This document shows positions 56,636 to 64,000 of a stretch of 64,000 bases of DNA, piece by piece. The notes beneath the pieces were generated by a model. That model was not told the origin of the DNA and ran no database searches. It saw only the letters and a program-made list of their open reading frames with translations. Made by a program: the position numbers and the translations under genes. Every line of letters starts with the position of its first letter. The stretch's first letter is position 1. The DNA comes from an uncultured Rivularia sp. (GTDB lineage: Bacteria; Cyanobacteriota; Cyanobacteriia; Cyanobacteriales; Nostocaceae), in NCBI GenBank assembly GCA_963665115.1, contig OY762007.1:1728001-1792000 (forward strand), read 5' to 3'.

Positions 56636-56800
56636 TGGGGAATTGGGGAATTGGGGATTGGGAGAGGGGGTAGAGGGGGTAGAGGGGGTAGAGGGGGGAG
56701 AGGGGGTAGAGGGGGTAGAGGGGGTAGAGGGGGAGAGACAAGGTGAAATTGATTCCTAACTCGCTACTTACTACTCATTACTCATTACTCTTAACTCCTA
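56636..56800. repeat. Intergenic tandem repeats: GGGGAATT, eight AGAGGGGGT-type units, TTACTCA
   Basis: Direct reading; 9-mer array at 56663-56734. Confidence 0.9.
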
Positions 56801-56812
56801 ACCTTTAACCTG

Positions 56813-57814
56813 TTAAACGATTCCTGCTTTTTCTAGTAACTTTAAGGTTTCGTCTAAGCTATCAAGTTTGGATAAGTCAATATTAGGGGGATTCAATTTA
56901 TCTAAAGGCACTAAGGATTTGTCGGCTTCTACTCCTTTTGCCAAAGGATACTCGTTTGTTTGGGAAGCAAAGTATTTTTGTGCTGCCGGACTTACCATAT
57001 ACTTGATAAATGCTTGAGCATCTTCTGGTTGATCGGTGGATTTAAGTATTGCGAACCCTGCAACGTTAACCATTGCACCTGCATCCCCATTGGTGAAGTG
57101 ATGTGCTACGGGGAAATTTGGATCGTCTTTCGTAAAACGAGGTAGATAATAGTGATTCACCAATCCTACATGAATTTCACCCCGTCCTAAAGCCTTGACT
57201 ATTGACGTATTGTTACCGTATTTCTTGACATCGTTGGCTTTCATTGCTTTGAGCCATTCCAATGTTCTTTCATCACCTTCTATAATCCGCATTCCCGTAA
57301 CAAATGACTGAAACGAACCATTTGTTGGTGCCCAAGCAACTTTACCGCGCCATTTTGGTTGGGTTAATTCCCACACATCTTTCGGCAACTCGCTTACTTT
57401 AACTAAGTTCGTATTATAATCAACCACGCGAGCGCGTCCAGAAACTCCGATCCAATTCCCCGTAGGTGAACGGAAGCGAGAATCTACTTCTTCAAGGATC
57501 TCCGACGGAATCGGTTGAGTTCGTTGCTTCTGCTCTAAAGCACCTAAAGCTCCCGCATCCTGTCCCAAGAATACGTCAACTTTACTATTTTCGCCTTCTT
57601 CTAAAAGCGCGATTGTTAACTCAGAGGTTTTTCCGTAGCGCACTTTAATATCTAAGTTCAAGTCTTTGGAAGCTTGTTCGAGTAGGGGGGAAACTAGCTT
57701 CTTGTTTCTACCGGAATAAACAATAAGACTTTTAGAATTATCGCTTTGTGCTTCACACCCCGCGCTGATGACTAAGGAAGCAATCAATCCCGCTAATAAA
57801 AATTTTTGTCGCAT
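56813..57814 (-). CDS. futA: Fe3+ ABC transporter binding lipoprotein
   Basis: Lipobox SAGC, YSGR, VNHYY. Confidence 0.9.
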   Translation of the reverse strand: MRQKFLLAGLIASLVISAGCEAQSDNSKSLIVYSGRNKKLVSPLLEQASKDLNLDIKVRYGKTSELTIALLEEGENSKVDVFLGQDAGALGALEQKQRTQPIPSEILEEVDSRFRSPTGNWIGVSGRARVVDYNTNLVKVSELPKDVWELTQPKWRGKVAWAPTNGSFQSFVTGMRIIEGDERTLEWLKAMKANDVKKYGNNTSIVKALGRGEIHVGLVNHYYLPRFTKDDPNFPVAHHFTNGDAGAMVNVAGFAILKSTDQPEDAQAFIKYMVSPAAQKYFASQTNEYPLAKGVEADKSLVPLDKLNPPNIDLSKLDSLDETLKLLEKAGIV

Positions 57815-58523
57815 TTTTTTATCTTTTTCTCCAGTAAAACAATTAGCTGTTTCGGGTTAAGTCATCAAGACATCATGTATAACATCTATGTGCAAGCAGT
57901 ACATCATAACGCTCAAAAGCTCGTCATTAGTACTATAAAAGCATCAAGAAAAATTAATGCAATCGCCACCGTAGTTTTTTCTACTTGGCGATCGCCTTCT
58001 ATATGATTTCTCTGTAGCTTCACTCAATAGCTGTTATTAACGATAACATTTATCAACAATTCTGTAATGTATAACGAGTAAATTTGAGTGTAAACCCGCA
58101 AAGTTTAGGAGATTGCAATTCGATACGCGCTCGCGATGCGTGTATTGAGAAAAAGAAGCAGATTAAACCGATGTTCCTCCGGCTTTTAAACAGAATTAAT
58201 CGCCAATAAGCTGTTTTTCAACTTGAGAATAGCACAATAGAGTTAGAAGGTAATAGCGTTGCATGACTTTATTTAGCCAGCCAAGAACGAAAAATAATTG
58301 GCGATCGCACTCGCATCAAGATCATTTTTATAATCCGCTTCCTCTGTAGCTAGAAGCCTGTATGATGCAATACATCTGATGTACAAAAAATTATCTATAA
58401 TAATTTGCAATAAGTTTCAAGGTATTATATAAAGTGATTAATGACTTGCAGATTGTAAATTACGAGGGATAGCTGGAATTCAATCGATGAACAAACAAAC
58501 TAAATTTTTGATATATATTAGGA

Positions 58524-59030
58524 ATGAAAATAGCAAAAGCAAAAGCGGCATATGCTTTTTTAATTAATAGTGTGAGAACGGTAGTATTAGGAACAGTGAG
58601 CGCTGAGAATACGCCTAATGTCAGTTACGCACCTTTTATTATGGATGAAGCTAAAAATATTTATATTTTTGTCAGTAAGCTTTCTATTCATACTGATAAT
58701 CTTCAAGCTAATCCAAAAGCCAGCGTAATGTTAGTTGAAGATGAAGCTAAAAGTAAACAAATTTTTGCTCGTCGTCGCTTGACTTATTCCTGTAATGCTA
58801 CTGCTATTGATAAAAACTGTACAGAATGCAAGCATATCGCCAATCAATTTGAGAAAAGATTCGGAAATATTGTTTATATGTTCCGTAGCTTACCAGATTT
58901 TAATATTATTAAATTTACGCCCTATGAAGGTATTTTCATAATGGATTTTGGTTCGGCTTATAAAATAAAATCTGATGACTTAAATCATCTTATTTATATT
59001 GCAGAAGATGAAAATAATGAAGCTAGCTAA
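58524..59030 (+). CDS. HugZ/HutZ-like pyridoxamine 5'-phosphate oxidase family protein
   Basis: SYAPF, S.LS.HT.NL, IFARRRL, DF...FG.AY. Confidence 0.85.
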   Translation: MKIAKAKAAYAFLINSVRTVVLGTVSAENTPNVSYAPFIMDEAKNIYIFVSKLSIHTDNLQANPKASVMLVEDEAKSKQIFARRRLTYSCNATAIDKNCTECKHIANQFEKRFGNIVYMFRSLPDFNIIKFTPYEGIFIMDFGSAYKIKSDDLNHLIYIAEDENNEAS

Positions 59031-59222
59031 TTGATTAATATTAATCAAATGATTTTTATATTTTTATGATGAATAAATCAATTCTATAACAATCTATTAT
59101 TTATCATCGTGTAATTTAATTTTTGATTATCTTCCGAAGATGGAAAAAGTTAGGTAATGGATGCATTCATAAATAGTATGTGTAAGTTTTTAGGATATAT
59201 TTGAAAAATTTTTGCAAGATAC

Positions 59223-59251
59223 TTGATATAACTTATCAATAATTGTACTAT
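59223..59251 (+). promoter_or_regulatory. Fur-like palindrome next to a putative -10 element
   Basis: TTGATA-TAACT-TATCAA followed by TACTAT. Confidence 0.5.
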
Positions 59252-59342
59252 ATCAAGAATATTGTAATGAGCAAATATCAGCAGAAATGAAAACTATCTT
59301 ACGTTTGTTTGAATGTAGAATCATTCTTCACAGAGGGACAAG

Positions 59343-59444
59343 TTGCTGCTAAACCTTATAGTTCGTTCTATTAATGCTAAACAGCGAGACGCAATAGTTG
59401 ATGCTTTGAGAAAAACTCGTAATAGCTTGGGTATTGAAGCGTAA
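59343..59444 (+). CDS. Putative 33-aa small protein
   Basis: GAGG SD, TTG start, (M)LLNLIVRSINAKQRDAIVDALRKTRNSLGIEA; hairpin plus T tract at ~59482-59531. Confidence 0.4.
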   Translation: MLLNLIVRSINAKQRDAIVDALRKTRNSLGIEA

Positions 59445-59772
59445 TCTATATTTACATTTATACATATTCAGATTTAGTTACAGCCTCTGGGATAGATATA
59501 CTCTTTCACCAATTACCAGAGGCCCTTTTTTAATCTTTCACTTTTGACTTATAAATCAATTCAGACAACGCTCGGCAGCGACGTAAATTTAGCATCTTTA
59601 ATATTTAGTTAAGAACAATAAAAAATTGATTATCTATTTGTAGCCTATATTTCTTGCTTATTTGAGTTAATGCCACTTACTATCAATTAAAATGCCCGTT
59701 CTTACAAATATCTGGCTGTGTTTAAGCAGTAGATATTGACTGACTAATAAAGCCGAAAAACTTCTAATTAAA

Positions 59773-59892
59773 TTGGTAAGGAGTCTGGGAATCAATTCAA
59801 AATCAGTTGCTTTGTTTCTAGCTTTGGGTTTAGCTGCAAGTATTACTGCTTGTAGTGGGGCTGATGTCGGTGGTGAAGGTGGAGAAGGCTAA
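59773..59892 (+). CDS. Putative tiny lipoprotein ending in GGEGGEG
   Basis: INSKSVALFLALGLAASITAC-SGADVGGEGGEG; in-frame TTG at 59773, or ATC at 59791 behind AAGGAG. Confidence 0.6.
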   Translation: MVRSLGINSKSVALFLALGLAASITACSGADVGGEGGEG

Positions 59893-59999
59893 AAACCTTT
59901 AAAAATAGTCTTTTTTTTGGATGTGTCTTGAATATTTAACAGCCATCATGCTAGCTAGTATTGGCTGTTTTTTCTATCCCGATGTTTATTTAATTTTGT

Positions 60000-61505
60000 G
60001 TGAGGAGAGAAGTGAAAAATATCTGGAAAACTTTATTAGCAAGTCCATCTGTTTTAGTTGCGACTTTGATTTTAAACGCTACATCAGTTGCAGCACAAAC
60101 GGCAGCAACATCGGAAAATATTCAAGAAGAAACAAGGGCGCAGGTAACTTCTGTATCTCAATTTTCTGATGTACAGCCTACAGATTGGGCATTTCAATCA
60201 TTACAGTCTTTAGTAGAGCGTTACGGCTGTATTGCTGGATATCCAAACAGCACTTTTCGCGGTAATCGAGCATTAACAAGATATGAATTCGCTGCGGGTT
60301 TGAATGCTTGTTTGGATAGAATTAACGAACTAATAGCTGCTGGAAACAGCAATGCAGGTGGCGAAGACTTAAGCACTATCAAAAGATTGCAGTCAGAATT
60401 TTCTTCTGAATTAGCAACATTGCGCGGTAGGGTGGATGCAGTTGAAGCTAAAACCGCTCAAATCGAAGCAAATCAATTCTCTACAACTACCAAGTTAGAG
60501 GGAGAAGTTGTTATTGCTGCAACTGATGTTTTTGAGGGTAATACTGCAAACAAAAACACGACTTTAGGTACAAGAGCGCGGATTAATTTCGTTACCAGTT
60601 TCACGGGTAAAGATACTTTATACACTCGCATCCAAGCTAATAATATTCCCGATACCGACGAGATTCCTTTAGCCTTCGCTGGCGATAGTGATACCAATGC
60701 TTACTTAGACGGATTATGGTATAGTTTCCCGTTAACAAAAAGTACTAATGTCATCGCGATCGCCAATGCAGGTGCAGCGGATGACGTGGTAGATACCGTT
60801 AACCAATTTGATGGAGATGGAGCAAGTGGAGCCTTATCTAAATTTGGTACTCGCAACTCAATCTATTATCAAATGGATGGTTCTGGATTGGGAATTACTC
60901 AAGAGTTGGGGAAGAGTTTATCATTCAGTTTAGGGTATTTAGCTAGTGAAAATAACGACTCCAGCCAAGGAAGCGGTATATTTAATGGTCCCTACGGTGC
61001 TTTAGCGCAACTAACTTTTGAACCCAGCAAGCGTTTTAAAGTTGGTTTAACTTACATCAATGCTTATAATCAAGGTTTAGATGCTCAAGGTGTGAATTTA
61101 GGTTCATCCTATGAAAGCGATTCTTACGGTGTTCAAGCAACATTGGGTTTAGGCGATAACTTGGTATTAGGAGGCTGGGGAGGCTACACAAATACTCGCA
61201 GCTTGGCTTCGAGTGGAGATGCAGATATCTGGAATTGGGCTGTTACTTTAGGATTACCCGACTTTGGTAAAAAAGGTAATTTGGCTGGGGTGATTTTTGG
61301 GATGAATCCTAAAGTTACAAATTCGAGTATTGCTGGTTTAAACGAAGATCCAGATACTTCCTATCACATCGAAGGATTTTATCAGCACAAGGTAAATGAT
61401 AATATCAGCATTACTCCAGGGGTTATTTGGGTAACAGCACCCGGTAACAACAGTAACAATGATGAAGCGTTGGTTGGTACTCTTAGAACTACCTTTACTT
61501 TTTAA
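60000..61505 (+). CDS. SLH-domain outer-membrane porin (OprB / iron uptake porin family)
   Basis: SVSQFSDVQPTDWA, FSTTTKL, C-terminal GTLRTTFTF. Confidence 0.93.
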   Translation: MRREVKNIWKTLLASPSVLVATLILNATSVAAQTAATSENIQEETRAQVTSVSQFSDVQPTDWAFQSLQSLVERYGCIAGYPNSTFRGNRALTRYEFAAGLNACLDRINELIAAGNSNAGGEDLSTIKRLQSEFSSELATLRGRVDAVEAKTAQIEANQFSTTTKLEGEVVIAATDVFEGNTANKNTTLGTRARINFVTSFTGKDTLYTRIQANNIPDTDEIPLAFAGDSDTNAYLDGLWYSFPLTKSTNVIAIANAGAADDVVDTVNQFDGDGASGALSKFGTRNSIYYQMDGSGLGITQELGKSLSFSLGYLASENNDSSQGSGIFNGPYGALAQLTFEPSKRFKVGLTYINAYNQGLDAQGVNLGSSYESDSYGVQATLGLGDNLVLGGWGGYTNTRSLASSGDADIWNWAVTLGLPDFGKKGNLAGVIFGMNPKVTNSSIAGLNEDPDTSYHIEGFYQHKVNDNISITPGVIWVTAPGNNSNNDEALVGTLRTTFTF

Positions 61506-61587
61506 TATTTCACCTTAATTCTAATAGGTTTGTAGTAATGATTTTAGTCCTTAATCTCAGGGCTAAAGCCCTTACTACGAGCCTTAA

Positions 61588-62562
61588 TTACTGTTCAAAA
61601 CTAACACATTCTTCCAACCAATCGATCATCTTTTGGGCATCTAAATTTTGTCCGATAAAAACTAATTGATTCGATGGAGTTGTTGTCCATTCATCTCTTT
61701 GAAAATTACAGCGTTTACCGCTAAGCTGGAAAATATGTCGGAGTTTACTTCCTTGATACCAGATAATCCCTTTTGCTCTAAATACTGTTTTTGGTAATTG
61801 TTCGTCTAAGAATTTATTAAACTTTTCAACACTTAAAGGTTTATCACTTTGGAAGGAAACGGACATGAAATTATCTTCTTTCAACCGATTGGTAGAAGAT
61901 GATTCAATACTATACTGTAAAGACGAAAGTGAAAGTGTTTTAAAATTAGAATCACCCACATCTAAAATTAAAGGTAAAGAAACTTTTCCGTATTCACAAC
62001 GGATAATTTTGGCATCGACTTTAATTGAATTAATATATTCTTCAACTTCCTCAAGTTGCACTGACGATACTAAATCTATTTTATTTAATAAAACAATATC
62101 GGCATAAATAACCTGTTCTACAGCAATTTTGCTATCAAAGTTATTAGAATTAAAATTTTCTGCATCAACAACTGTTAAAATAGAATCTAAACGAGTTACA
62201 TCCCTTAAATTACTGCTGGTAAAAGTCATCATCAAAGGTACGGGTTCGGCTAAACCAGTTGTTTCGATAACTATATAATCAATATTATGACTTTCTAAAA
62301 CTTTATTTACAGCTTCTATCAAACTAGCATTAATAGTACAGCAAATACAGCCGTTACTGAGAAGCATCATATCTTCATCAATAGAGACTAAAAGCTGACT
62401 ATCAATATTTATTTCCCCAAACTCGTTGACTAAAACAGCTATTTTTAGATTTTGACGATTGGTCAAAATTTGATTTAATAAAGTAGTTTTACCACTTCCG
62501 AGAAAACCTGTGATTATTGTCACTGGTGTTTTTTGTTGGGAAAGTTCAATGATTGAGGTCAT
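61588..62562 (-). CDS. CobW/COG0523 metallochaperone GTPase
   Basis: GFLGSGKT, NEFG, GCICC, ETTGLA, NKID. Confidence 0.93.
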   Translation of the reverse strand: MTSIIELSQQKTPVTIITGFLGSGKTTLLNQILTNRQNLKIAVLVNEFGEINIDSQLLVSIDEDMMLLSNGCICCTINASLIEAVNKVLESHNIDYIVIETTGLAEPVPLMMTFTSSNLRDVTRLDSILTVVDAENFNSNNFDSKIAVEQVIYADIVLLNKIDLVSSVQLEEVEEYINSIKVDAKIIRCEYGKVSLPLILDVGDSNFKTLSLSSLQYSIESSSTNRLKEDNFMSVSFQSDKPLSVEKFNKFLDEQLPKTVFRAKGIIWYQGSKLRHIFQLSGKRCNFQRDEWTTTPSNQLVFIGQNLDAQKMIDWLEECVSFEQ

Positions 62563-62924
62563 AACTATAGAAATTCGGTTTAATTCCCGTAACTATTTGT
62601 ATGTTGAGGGAACGGGGAACGGGAAACTAGAATAAACTTAAAGTTGGATTGCTATATGATTAATTACAGCAAATGTTTTTACTTCCAAACAAGAGGTCTA
62701 TATTAATCCTAGATGATTTTTAATCAATTGAGATGCCCAGAAACCCGGTTTGATCAAAAAACCGGGTTTCTTCATTTGGCTTAACAGTATATATTATCCT
62801 AAAAATCTGAATTTAAAAGTTTGCAGCTATCGCTGTTTCCTTTTTTTGAATTCTTTGTTTACCTCTCCTTGTACGGAAGAACTATTAAGTATTATTTTGA
62901 GATTTACAAATACCGTATTATAAC

Positions 62925-63106
62925 CTCAGCCTTACCAACCTTGGAGGTGCCGATTTCAAAAATGCTAACTTGAGCGGTGCTGACTTAAGTTACGCTAATC
63001 TTAGAGATGCTGTAAATTTAACATTACTAACAGGTTAAAGCAGCTAATAACTGGGTTAAAGCAGACTACGCTCCAGAATTTCGTAAACAATTGGGTTTAT
63101 CTTGAT
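62925..63106 (+). pseudogene. Pentapeptide-repeat gene fragment
   Basis: LGGADFKNANLSGADLSYANL segment with no clear start and broken frame. Confidence 0.45.
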
Positions 63107-63270
63107 TCAAAAATAATGAAATAGTTAGCCAAATAGAAATATCAAAAAAATCTTTCCAGTAACTGTTTTTAAAGATTAAACGAAATATTATGTGGTTGAA
63201 ATGCAGTTTTGTGAAACTTCTGTGAAGTTGTTTGAGCAAGACTGAGCCTTCTTTCAGGAGACAGCAGTAG

Positions 63271-64000
63271 ATGCTTCGCCACATATTTACTAAAACTCCC
63301 ATAGCTCTAAGACAGTTGATGAAAGAAAAAAACTGTTTTGGAATTGCTGTGGCTGGTATTGCTTTCGCAAATATTCTAATGTTCTCTCAAATGGGCTTTG
63401 AAGCCTCATTATTTGATAGTTCAACCGCACCACACAAAAGTCTAAATGCCGATTTAGTAGTAGTTAATCGCTACTTTGAGTCTATATATTCAGTCAAAAA
63501 CTTTCCCCGACGACGTTTATATCAAGTTCTAGGATTTGAAGGAGTAGAATCTGTTAGTCCTTTGTACATCAGTTCCGGAAAGTGGAAAAATCCGCAAACT
63601 CTTCACAGCCAGACTATTTTGATATTCGGTACCGATCCGCGTACCACAGCATTTAAGTCTGCTCAAGTCAATCGAAATATCTCTGAATTACAGAAGCCGA
63701 ACACGGTATTATTCGACCAAACATCCTTACCCATATTTGGTCCTATAGGCACTTTATTTCAACAACAATCAAACGTTGAAACCGAACTCAATGGCTCGAA
63801 AATTCAAGTTCGTGGCTTGTTTAACTTAGGTGCATCTTTCGCAGCCTATGGCAACGTAATTACCAGCGATACAACATATTTACACTTATTCCCTCAGTCT
63901 TCTGTCACTAAAGTTAAACTTGGTTTGGTCAAACTTAAAAGCGATGTCGATATTAACCAAGTTCGTAAAAACTTAGAAACTGCTTTACCTAAAGACGTAA
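63271..64000 (+). CDS. devC: ABC exporter permease DevC family, 3'-partial
   Basis: KTPIALRQL..EK...AVAGIAFA.ILMF.QMGF; appears to run off the window edge. Confidence 0.85.
   Translation, partial: MLRHIFTKTPIALRQLMKEKNCFGIAVAGIAFANILMFSQMGFEASLFDSSTAPHKSLNADLVVVNRYFESIYSVKNFPRRRLYQVLGFEGVESVSPLYISSGKWKNPQTLHSQTILIFGTDPRTTAFKSAQVNRNISELQKPNTVLFDQTSLPIFGPIGTLFQQQSNVETELNGSKIQVRGLFNLGASFAAYGNVITSDTTYLHLFPQSSVTKVKLGLVKLKSDVDINQVRKNLETALPKDV

Noticed and set aside
44100..60000. IsaR1 iron-stress sRNA
   Set aside because: I could not find its conserved 5' sequence as I recall it; a covariance-model search would be needed
40229..63302. Short antisense or overlapping ORFs in the track (e.g. 40229, 40618, 42465, 44626, 47103, 50927, 51245, 54116, 60473, 61865, 63066)
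   Set aside because: They lie opposite or within well-supported genes or promoter regions and show no motifs

Overview
Cyanobacterial DNA, probably a filamentous Nostocales-like organism (HIP1 GCGATCGC sites, heptamer STRR repeats, cpcT, isiA, devC). Bases 1-~39630 are the right part of an integrative conjugative element (ICE) inserted at tRNA-Cys(GCA). It carries an integrase and excisionase, a lambda-like replication module (rep with internal iterons, DnaB, ParB-like), a cyanobacterial-type T4SS operon with VirB4, VirB10 and an internally deleted VirD4, a MobV relaxase, a ParM module, and an ASCH-m6A methyltransferase plus a GIY-YIG nuclease sharing a C-terminal domain. The most notable item is missing from the ORF track: an ORF of at least 803 aa (2410 to <1, minus strand) with the ordered motifs of single-subunit two-barrel (cellular RdRP/YonO-like) RNA polymerases, including DCDGD. 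A 340-bp miniature Tn7-like element lies directly upstream of it. Bases ~39.7-64 kb are host chromosome dominated by an iron-stress cluster (three isiA/pcb paralogues, isiB, futABC, HugZ-like gene, porin, CobW, two unannotated small ORFs). Many genes on both sides carry single-base frameshifts, probably partly assembly error. All calls come from reading motifs by eye; no database search was run.
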